Made by a program: the position numbers and the translations under genes
Origin: a virus
Taxonomy: Duplodnaviria; Caudoviricetes
IMG/VR virus record: IMGVR_UViG_3300005330_000016
Coordinates: 13,983 to 77,982 of that record
Strand: one strand, 5' to 3'
Length of the DNA stretch: 64,000 nucleotides
In this document: positions 17,977 through 26,288 of the stretch, piece by piece
How the letters are laid out: every line of letters starts with the position of its first letter
How positions within the stretch are numbered: position 1 is the first letter of the stretch
Notes under the pieces: model-generated
What the model saw: only the letters and a program-made list of their open reading frames with translations
The model's database searches: none
Told to the model about the DNA's origin: nothing

Positions 17977-19101
17977 TCAGGCTGTTTTCGAGAGGATTAG
18001 CTGGGGCTTGTTCCGGAATCTTTCGATGGCATCTTCCCAAGCATCCGGCCATCTCCACCAGTTGTTCTCAAGGCTGTGCTCGGTCATAACCGTCTTACGG
18101 GCGTTCCGCTGCAAGGTCTTCCGTAGCTCTTCCGATTCGATCAGCCGTGAGATCGCAACCACGAGTTCTTCGGTTGTCTCGGCTATCAGAGCGTCGTGAC
18201 CGTCTGTAGCCTCACGACCGTACACAGTAGGGCTGACAACGCTCACAGCGCCGCCTAGCGTGGCTTCGTACCACTTGATGCAGGACTTGCTGTGATTGAA
18301 GCCCATTGGCGCTACGACGCAGCAGGCTATGTCTATGTTGAGCCATGCTCGTGGGTACTCGGGTAGCTGAAGCCACGGCAGCGAGTGCCTGCGCTCTGCG
18401 GAAATCGAATCGTACAGCTTGCCTGGGATGAAGCCCTGAATCACGAACTGCACTTCGGGGTAACGCTCAGCGATGATCGACCAGGCTTCGGACAGTGCTG
18501 CCACGTCGATCTGCTCACGAGCACCACCGGCCCAGCCGACCGTCAGCTTGCCCTTTAGCTCAGGTATGCGGTCGCAGCCGCGCAACGTCTCCTTGAACCA
18601 GCGGGCGTCAATACTGTTGGGGATCACGTAGACGGGTGGCGGATTGTCGCCAGCATGCGCCTTGACCACGGTTGCCAGCCGTTGAGTTGTGACGGTGACA
18701 CCATCGCACACACTCAGCAGCCGGATCCGCTCCTGCCTCTCCCAATCAAGCTGTGCGTAGCCCTTGGCTGCTTCTGTCTCGAACAGCCGCGACTGGCGCG
18801 GGATGATCATGGGCGAGAACACGTCGTCATCCACCTCGTACAACCAGGCCAGCCCGGCCTTGTGGATAATGTTGATCCAGCGTTCACCGATATCCTTGTG
18901 CGGCCACACGATCCTGGGCGTGATGATCGCGTCGTAGCGACCCGCTGCAACTAGCGGCAGTACCACGTCAGCCTTGTCTTTGTGTGCCCACTCGGCTACG
19001 AAGCCACGCTTCTCTAGCTCAGCGAACGGTTGCCAAACGCGCCACAGCGAGCAGCCGGTCTCGTCGCCAAGTAACGCCAGGACTCTAGGTGCGCGGTTCA
19101 T
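17977..19101 (-). CDS. Glycosyltransferase family 4 / GT-B (start ATG 19101)
   Basis: GCSLWRVWQP, YEVDDD, VTVTTQRLA, VYVIPNSID, VGWAG, DIACC..FNHSKSCIKWYEA. Confidence 0.9.
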   Translation of the reverse strand: MNRAPRVLALLGDETGCSLWRVWQPFAELEKRGFVAEWAHKDKADVVLPLVAAGRYDAIITPRIVWPHKDIGERWINIIHKAGLAWLYEVDDDVFSPMIIPRQSRLFETEAAKGYAQLDWERQERIRLLSVCDGVTVTTQRLATVVKAHAGDNPPPVYVIPNSIDARWFKETLRGCDRIPELKGKLTVGWAGGAREQIDVAALSEAWSIIAERYPEVQFVIQGFIPGKLYDSISAERRHSLPWLQLPEYPRAWLNIDIACCVVAPMGFNHSKSCIKWYEATLGGAVSVVSPTVYGREATDGHDALIAETTEELVVAISRLIESEELRKTLQRNARKTVMTEHSLENNWWRWPDAWEDAIERFRNKPQLILSKTA

Positions 19102-20164
19102 AGATCGGGTTTGACAGCCGCTTGTTGGGCCGGCGCTTCGGAACCGTAACGTGTTCCGGAACATGTGCCGGTTTATCCAGATGCGCCTGGACGCCGCGAG
19201 CGACGTTCTCGAAGGCGTGGGCCAGGTTCAGGAACTCTTCGGGTGGCATGCGCTCTTCGACAAGGATCACACCTTCGCGGGCAATCCTGACCATCACGTG
19301 AGTGCCCTGCGCAGCGGTATCTTCGCCAAATGCGAAGTTCCACTCGTGCGCGATATCAAAGTCCATCGGAGTCATCGGCAGTACGCCGGCCAGTAACCGC
19401 GTATCGCGTCAGCGTTGCAGCGCTCGATGATCGCGTTGCCCGGGCCGCGCATCGTGACTTCCGCCGTAGTCATCGGGTTGACCAGGGCGAACGACAGGAT
19501 GACGAGCGCTGGCAGGATCACGAAGACCACGAAGAGCGCAGCCTCACCGCACCAGTGCCAGAAGTTGCTCGGCGGCTTCACGGATCCTCGCCTTCTCTTC
19601 AGCGGCTTGAGCCGTCACAAGCATCGTGTTGCGCTCTGCCAGGCCCGCCAGCCGCGTGATCTCGCCATCGGCGGCAGTCAGCTTGGCTTCTAGCTCGGCC
19701 CGCTGAGCCGCTTCCTGTGCAGCCGTGGCGTGCGCCTGCTGGTGGATAGCGTGGATCTGGTTGCCCAGGTCGCCAAGGTCCGTCATTAGCTTGGTGTTCG
19801 TCTCGGTCTTTGCCTGTACGTCGGCTTGAGCGTCCTGTAGCGCGGCTACCGCGTCGGCTAGCTCTTCTTGAAGCACCTTGATCTGGTCGCGCAGCTTCTT
19901 GACCTGAGCCTTCTCCCAAAGGCCCGTAGACGTTTCCTGCCAGCGCTCAGCCACGACCGGCAGCGGGTCGTCGGAATGGTCACCGAACTTGTCGCGTGCT
20001 TCATGCTGCTCGGCTCGCATCACCGCTAGCTCTTGCAGAAGCTTGGGGATGTCGTTGCCGTACCAGGCTTGCGCACCATCGGGCGTCAGGAACGTGTTGG
20101 CACGTGTCGCCATCGCGGCCAGGTCGGCTGGCTCTAAACGAACGTACTCGGCTGTTGCCGGCAT
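19085..20164 (-). other. Three hypothetical ORFs: 19085-19375, 19372-19581 (one TM segment), 19544-20164 (coiled coil)
   Basis: ORF track, overlapping stop/start coupling, heptad pattern. Confidence 0.55.
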
Positions 20165-20224
20165 TCTTTCCCTCTCCCTTGATTCCATATTGACATCTCG
20201 CGAGTGCAGGCGTAAGGTAACGGT

Positions 20225-20385
20225 AACAGAAGAAGCGGCGCGGCTAAGCCCTAACAGCCATCAGAAAGGGCAGCGTCACAGTCACCGACCCCTGGATTTA
20301 GTCGAGTGAACGTATCCGATTAGAACGGATGGGGGCTTCGCTCAAACGAGTCACCGGGCACTCTCGCGCCGCCCTCTAGCCCAGG
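20225..20385 (+). ncRNA. Candidate structured ncRNA A
   Basis: Own promoter (TTGACA 20190, TAAGGT 20213), no ORF; closing stem GCGGCGCG/CGCGCCGC with internal hairpins. Confidence 0.5.
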
Positions 20386-21343
20386 TCAGCCTTAGACCAG
20401 ACTCAGCCAACGTCCACTCAACGACCCGAGTATATAGCTCGCCGGCATTTTGAAAACTCGCTCGAAACCCTATTGACAGTCTCGAAAAGGCATGATACGT
20501 TCAAGGGGATGAAGAAAACCGCATGGCCGATGGGACCAGCGCTCAGCCAGAGCCTCAAGGCCTTTGACTCAGCCAAGCATCAGGCAGAGGAAGATCGCCA
20601 GAACGCTCAGATCCGCCGACTAGCTCGCACAATGCGATTCGCAAACCTGCGAAACACCAATCGCATTGCTTGGAAAGGAAACTGACCGTGGACAATCGCT
20701 ACCCCAACGGACTCGGCATTGACGAGATGGGCGAGATCCTCTCGTGCCACTACTGCGGCAACTACAGCGAGCCGCTCAAAGACAACCCACGCGGCCAGGT
20801 CGTGTGCAAAAGCTTCGAGAACTGCGTTTGGAATCGCGTAGAGAACGGCTCGATGACCGAAGCTCGCGCCAAGGAACTTCTGACAAGGAAGGTGAAGTGA
20901 TGGCAAGCCCGCTGGTTTGGAAGGTCTACAACGACATGGGCGAGATGGTCGCCGCCACCATGCACGCGGAAGACGCCGCGATTATGGTCGCCACCACCGA
21001 TAGCGGCAAGATCAAGGTTGACGGGCGCGTGGTATGGACCGAAGGGCTTGAGAGTCAGCCCGCCAGCTACAGCTACGACCAGGCCGCGAGTCTGATGCAT
21101 GCCCGTCGCCGGGAGCATTGGAATCAGCGACTTGAACGACTGCGCTTCGCAGTCACCGGAAGGGGGTCCTAATGACCCATCTCGTTTGCATCAGCCGCCG
21201 CAAGGCTGACCGCTTTCTACCGTTCCTGATCTGCCAGGAGCACTACGCAACCCTGATCGCAGCGGATCAGGTCAAATACGCGGTCTGTGACAAAGACTGC
21301 GGTTGTAGCGCCGCCGACTGCTGGCGCTGTGATGACGGGAGGG

Positions 21344-21991
21344 ATGACGATGATCAAGCGTAGGGACACTCAACGCCTCAAGGTCTACCGCGCCGGTTGG
21401 ATAGCTCTGCCCGAAGACGTTATCGGCAACTCGCTACCGGTCGTTCAGGCTTACGTTGATCGCGTATGCAACGCGGCGTGGTTCCGCCGTCGATGGGGCA
21501 CCAAAAAGATCACCGTCAAGTTCAAGAAAGGCACCGGCGGCTACAACCCGGCCTACAGCAACGTGATTGTGGTCGGGCAGAACGCTACAGGACGCCTGGG
21601 GCGCGCTCCGGGTGCCACCAAGGCCACTGTGCTGCACGAGATGGCCCACGTGCTCACCGGTCACTGTAACGGAGCCTGGCATGGCCCTGAGTTCGCGCGC
21701 ATCCTGCTAGAGCTAGTCGGCTTCGAGTTCGGGCCAGTGACTTCCGAAAACCTCAAAGCCGCCTACAAGACACAGCGGGTCACAGTGGGTAAGTCGCTCA
21801 CGCTCAAGCCTGCTGACGCAACGCCCGCACCGCGCCCGAAACTCAAGGCGTGGCGCGTCGTGATTGGTGACCAGTCGTTTCAGATCGAAGGAGCAAACCT
21901 GCTCGCGGCAGTTCGCCACATTAGCAACATGGCTACGCTAACCACTGCAACCGACATCCGAATCTACAAGTCAAGGAGAGTAAGCAAGTGA
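21344..21991 (+). CDS. HExxH metallohydrolase (SprT-like / TIGR04338-like)
   Basis: VLHEMAHVL...WHGPEFARILLELV. Confidence 0.75.
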   Translation: MTMIKRRDTQRLKVYRAGWIALPEDVIGNSLPVVQAYVDRVCNAAWFRRRWGTKKITVKFKKGTGGYNPAYSNVIVVGQNATGRLGRAPGATKATVLHEMAHVLTGHCNGAWHGPEFARILLELVGFEFGPVTSENLKAAYKTQRVTVGKSLTLKPADATPAPRPKLKAWRVVIGDQSFQIEGANLLAAVRHISNMATLTTATDIRIYKSRRVSK

Positions 21992-22194
21992 CCCACGGAG
22001 GAAAGCGCCCAGGCTCGGGCGCAAAGCCCAAGGGGGCTGACGGCAAGAACCTGACTCTACGCTTCTACGGGGCTGACCGTGAGCGGATCGCTAACTGGCG
22101 CATGTGGTACGCGCTACCGTCTGACGCAGCCGCCGTGCGGCACATGATGCTGGTCGCGGAAGCCGCTCGAAGTCGAATCGCCGGCGAATCCTGA
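21988..22194 (+). CDS. Small DNA-binding protein (HGGxRPGSGxKP plus ribbon-helix-helix-like)
   Basis: MTHGGKRPGSGAKPKG..LTLRFY..DAAAVRHMM. Confidence 0.55.
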   Translation: MTHGGKRPGSGAKPKGADGKNLTLRFYGADRERIANWRMWYALPSDAAAVRHMMLVAEAARSRIAGES

Positions 22195-22247
22195 AACTCG
22201 TTTGAAAAACTATTGACAGGTCTGCGCTACGGGTGTATCTTGAGAGT

Positions 22248-22497
22248 GTCAAGGGAACCTGAAAAACAAAAGAGAGTCCAAGCGACCGTCGCGTATCGAG
22301 TGTACGAAGAGCGGAAGTGGGTAAGAGGGCCTTGGGAACCCTGGCTGCATCGGCAACAGGGAGTCGTACCAAACCTGTAATTGGGATGGATGTACAGTAA
22401 CCACCTAACGGTGGCGAAACCCCACACGCAGCACCAGTGCTCCAGTTCCCAGGTGAACTGGCCGGCCAGTCAAGCAGACTCTCTTGGTTCCCCTGGC
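22248..22497 (+). ncRNA. Candidate structured ncRNA B (~250 nt)
   Basis: Own promoter (TTGACA 22213, TATCTT 22236); ends pair (AGGGAACC/GGTTCCCT, AAGAGAGTC/GACTCTCTT). Confidence 0.55.
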
Positions 22498-22532
22498 AAC
22501 ACCCACAAGATCAAATCGAAAGGGGATCTTCG

Positions 22533-22733
22533 ATGGAAGATTCTTTCGCCTTCCCAGTCTCGGACTGGACTCCCCAGGTTGGGGAAATCATCGAGAACTT
22601 CGGGCAGATCGCCCGGATTCTCGCCTTCGATCCCGAACGTGGGATCCTAGTCAGGGCCATGCCGGGCCAGGGCTTCGGCAAAGGCCGGGATCGCTGGTAC
22701 GCGAATCCCGAGAAGATCCGCCCGGTGCGCTAG
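22533..22733 (+). CDS. Small SH3-like hypothetical protein
   Basis: AAGGGG RBS, 66 aa, followed by terminator. Confidence 0.55.
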   Translation: MEDSFAFPVSDWTPQVGEIIENFGQIARILAFDPERGILVRAMPGQGFGKGRDRWYANPEKIRPVR

Positions 22734-22750
22734 GACCGGGCTTTTTCTTT
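22720..22750 (+). terminator. Rho-independent terminator
   Basis: GCCCGGT-8 nt-ACCGGGC followed by TTTTTCTTT. Confidence 0.8.
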
Positions 22751-23342
22751 ATGCTTGCCCGCCAACAATTGGGCTGATCGTGAGATGACAGTGCGGGTGA
22801 GCTAGCTCGGGCGCGTTGTTTACCGCCACTACCGTGCCATCCCGGCCAGCACAGAACGAATCGTAGTCGCCGTCGTGGACGAGCAATGCGGTCACTATGC
22901 CACGACCAAGGGTCTGGAACTTCTGCACGGTCGCCTGTAGCTGAGCCTTCTGTAGCTCGGTCTTCGCCACGGTCAACGAGCGATGCTTCCACGTGCGCGT
23001 GAACAGGCTGTCAATACCTTCGAAGTCTTCCGCCCCGTACGCGATCTCGTACGGCGTCAGCCCTCTGCTAGCGCCGTCTGCGATGCGCTGGGCTATCTGC
23101 TTCCGCGTGGCTGCGTCCACGGCCACGGCACCGGCGCGAGCGTTGAGAATGGCAGAACGCACAGCCGCGTCATCGAGCGGTACCGGCCCTAGGTCAAGCA
23201 ACCTGATCGTCAAGCCGTGAACGGCCTTGGCAATCGTGCCGTACCACTTGACGAAAATCAACGTGAGCAGCGCTAGCTCCAGATCGTTATCGCGTACGTC
23301 ATGCTCTTCGTCAGCTTTGGTCGCCGGCATCTCTAACATTCG
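22749..23342 (-). CDS. Head morphogenesis protein (Mu gpF / SPP1 gp7-like)
   Basis: RSLTVAKTELQKAQ, DGDYDSFC..RDG, LAHPHC C-terminal motif; start approximate (ATG near 23340 or 23330). Confidence 0.8.
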   Translation of the reverse strand, partial: RMLEMPATKADEEHDVRDNDLELALLTLIFVKWYGTIAKAVHGLTIRLLDLGPVPLDDAAVRSAILNARAGAVAVDAATRKQIAQRIADGASRGLTPYEIAYGAEDFEGIDSLFTRTWKHRSLTVAKTELQKAQLQATVQKFQTLGRGIVTALLVHDGDYDSFCAGRDGTVVAVNNAPELAHPHCHLTISPIVGGQA

Positions 23343-24581
23343 TCTTGAAAACCCCTTGACAGATCTAGAGCGGCGGGCGTAAGCTACGGACATGAGCAAC
23401 CACATCGAGAACCTGAGCGACGAACTGGTAGCCGCGAACGCCGAGAGCCTGAGCCTTCAGGACGGCATGATGAGCCTGGTTAGCTACCTGATGAGCGACA
23501 AGTTCGCCACTGACCAGAACGTGAACGTAGCCGATGTCATCCTGCGGATCTCTGAGACGCTGAGCGCAGCACGTGACGAGCGTGACGCGGCACTGCTCAA
23601 CGAGCGCGGCCCGAAGCCCGTAGCAAGCTTCAAAGGCTGGGCTTGCCCGATCTGCCGCGAAACGCTGCAAGACAGCCCGATCTGGGACGCCGACGCCAAG
23701 GCTGAGCGTCGGATGCGAGATCACTGGACAGCCAACCACAAGGCCCGCTAAGCGGGCCGGAAAGGCAAACGACCATGAAGCAACCAATGACGCCCGAGAA
23801 GCTCGCTCAGAACGCATACCTGAAGCGAGAGCGCATGTACCAGATCATGCACATCCGCGAGCAGGCGAACTATGACGAGCACGTCGTGGACTTCGCCGGC
23901 GAGCCAGTTAGCCTCAGCGAACTGGCCGAGTTGTGGGTGCCGGCATAACGCCGGCATTCCCTATTGACAGATCAAGCGCGCAGGAGTAAGTTACGAGTAT
24001 GAACAGCACCCAAGCAGCCAAGCTCCAGAGCTTTGAAGAACTCGCCGCCCGCCAGATCGACCGACTGGCCCAGTCGCCCGAGAGCAAGATGGTTCAGAAC
24101 GAGACTCGCGGGTTCCGCCTGACTTGGACGAAGGCTCTGGTCACCAAGTACGGATGCGACAAAGCCGACATCAACGCAGCTTGGAATCGAGCGAAGGAGG
24201 GACGATGATCCCAACCTACACCGTGATCTACGGATCACACACCCTCAACACCGAGTGGGTTCTCGGAACCTACTCCACCATCGAAGCCGCAATGCGGCAG
24301 TTCGATTCCCTCTCTTCCATCCGCCACAGCGACGAGTACGTCGTTGTTCACACTGAGTGGGCCTAGTTGGCCCACTCGCGGAGCAAGCCATGACCACCAA
24401 CAAGTCACCGTGGGAACTTCTAGCCTACGCCCAGGGCCGCAAGGCTTACATGATCGGGCGAACGCTCGCCAGCAACCCGTATACGTCCGGCTCGGATCTC
24501 GCACAAGCCTTCTACGATGGATTCGATGACGAGATGCACCGACCTGATCGCCCGCTTGACCCGCCGGACTTGCCACTCTAG
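23323..24581 (+). other. Antisense early cassettes 4/5: two promoters plus ORFs 23392-23751, 23999-24208, 24205-24366, 24390-24581
   Basis: TTGACA 23356/TAAGCT 23380/ATG 23392; TTGACA 23964/TAAGTT 23987/ATG 23999. Confidence 0.75.
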
Positions 24582-26086
24582 TGGCTCGTGCCGTTGACCA
24601 GCCGTGCCGTGATGCGCCTGCGCTGATTGTTCTGTAGCTTGTCGAGATCCACGGCCATTCCCTCAGCCGCCGTGTCAACTACAGCCTGAATAGCCTCAGC
24701 GAACGCATCGCCACGAGCCTTACTGCCAGCAGGAGCACCACTTGGACCACCGGGCGGCAGCGTTGGCTTACGGGCTTCCTGTAGCGCTAGCTGTTGAGCC
24801 GCTTCCTCTGCGGGATCCGTCACGCTGTCGTCTACCTTGACCCACTTGCCCGACGTAGGCACCCACAGCGAATCATCGCCAGCCAGCACGTCGAAGCCTA
24901 GCTCTCGCAGGCCCATCTCACGAGACATCAGCCCGCCCATCACGTCTGCCAGAATGCGGGCGTGCTTGGCGTTCTCGTCTTCCTGCAACGAGCGCACCTC
25001 GCTCAGGTCGTGAGCAATGACGATACGCCGGTCGCTCGTGAAGTCTTTGCGCAGCTTGCGGTTCCACTTGGCTTCGTCCATCACCCACAGCGGAACGATG
25101 GTTAGCTCCGTGAAGTTCTCGCGCACTTGCCTTGCAGAGGCATAGTTGCTGGTCTGCTCCAGCCCGACGCCTAGCCGGGCAACGAGAGGATCAACGCCCA
25201 TAACGGCTGCGATTCGAGTCTCGGGCACGTCGTGCAGGATCTTCAGGTTCATCTGCTCCGGCGAGAAGCCAAACTGATCCATATCGGCTCCACCCGTTAG
25301 CACGCTCACCGTGCCGCGCCGCTCGCCACCGAATGCGTTCGCAATGGAGTTCTTTAGCTCTTGTACCTGCTTCTCGCTGAGCATCGTCTCAGAGGGTATT
25401 TTGGCGACCAGGCCCGGCGTGCCAAAGTTCCTGAGCAAGGCGTCTGCATAACGAGTCGCTTCGCCGTCTGAGGCAATCTCGCGGATCAGCCGCTTCAGTG
25501 GCGCGATGCCCTTGCGTACGTCCAGCGGGTCAACGCCAAGCTTGAAGTGGATGACGTTCTCAACCGGGATCTGCTCGGGGCCGCGACCGTCGAACCGATC
25601 CATCTCGTAGAAGTCGATGAAGTTGCTAGAGCCGCGCCCGGTTTTGGGCCGCATAACGCTCGGGCTGACCGGCCATAGCTCAACGACGTTACCCGCGCCT
25701 GATCGGACTTTGAGTAGGTAAGCGTTGCCGTCAATGTGCCGCGCCCAGGCCGACCACCAGCGGATTTCGTTCAGGTCTAGCTCGGGATGCGGCTCATCGA
25801 ACAGGTCAAGGATTGGATGCTCGAAGAGCGGCTCACGCTCCTGCTTGGCGTCCAGCTTGTAGACGCGCAGCGGAGCTTCGATGCTGGCAAAGGCCAGGGC
25901 GCGCAAGCAAGCGAAAACAGCCGAGTTGCCGTCGCCGCCGTACTCACCGTCGTATGGTCGCGTGCCTGCCGTGTAGACGAGATGGTTTACGTACTGCCAG
26001 TTGACCGTAGGATCGGCCGGCGTGAACTTCTGCTCGATTGACTGGCCGGTGATAGCCGACCACGCGGCTTGGAAGATGTTAGCCAC
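24578..26086 (-). CDS. Portal protein (HK97 family)
   Basis: AVFACLR, DGNAY, ELWPV, VIHFK, GIAPL, RNFGTPG, RIAAVMGVDP. Confidence 0.95.
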   Translation of the reverse strand: MANIFQAAWSAITGQSIEQKFTPADPTVNWQYVNHLVYTAGTRPYDGEYGGDGNSAVFACLRALAFASIEAPLRVYKLDAKQEREPLFEHPILDLFDEPHPELDLNEIRWWSAWARHIDGNAYLLKVRSGAGNVVELWPVSPSVMRPKTGRGSSNFIDFYEMDRFDGRGPEQIPVENVIHFKLGVDPLDVRKGIAPLKRLIREIASDGEATRYADALLRNFGTPGLVAKIPSETMLSEKQVQELKNSIANAFGGERRGTVSVLTGGADMDQFGFSPEQMNLKILHDVPETRIAAVMGVDPLVARLGVGLEQTSNYASARQVRENFTELTIVPLWVMDEAKWNRKLRKDFTSDRRIVIAHDLSEVRSLQEDENAKHARILADVMGGLMSREMGLRELGFDVLAGDDSLWVPTSGKWVKVDDSVTDPAEEAAQQLALQEARKPTLPPGGPSGAPAGSKARGDAFAEAIQAVVDTAAEGMAVDLDKLQNNQRRRITARLVNGTSH

Positions 26087-26171
26087 GTGGCCTGCCTCCT
26101 TATCGAATCTTTGAAATTGGTGCCGGCAACTATTGACACCCCTTGACTACCTATGCTATATTCAAGTTGGC

Positions 26172-26275
26172 AAGAGAGAGAGGACCGCAAGTAAGGGGCC
26201 TGGGATCACCCGAAAGGGTCTGTCCCAATCTCACGAGACTGCGGATAGGGGGTTCGAATCCCCCCTCTCTTACCA
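26172..26275 (+). ncRNA. tRNA-like RNA with acceptor stem, T-arm and 3' ACCA but no anticodon loop
   Basis: AAGAGAG/CTCTCTT 7-bp stem, GGGGG-TTCGAAT-CCCCC T-arm, ACCA; own promoter TTGACA 26133, TG-n-TATATT 26157. Confidence 0.75.
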
Positions 26276-26288
26276 CTCAAACCAGTAG

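Larger units (their letters stand above)
20441..22194 (+). other. Antisense early cassette 3: promoter plus ORFs 20509-20685, 20670-20900, 20900-21172, 21172-21363, 21344-21991, 21988-22194
   Basis: GCCGGC 20441, TTGACA 20473, TACGTT 20496, ATG 20509; coupled ORF chain. Confidence 0.75.

Noticed and set aside
22268-22290. AAGAGAGTCC resembling the RNase P RNA GAGGAAAGUCC element
   Set aside because: No matching 3' P4 strand; the segment instead pairs with GACTCTCTT
26172-26275. Calling the tRNA-like RNA a tmRNA or tRNA-Sec
   Set aside because: No G3.U70, no tag reading frame, no UCA anticodon, 7-bp acceptor stem
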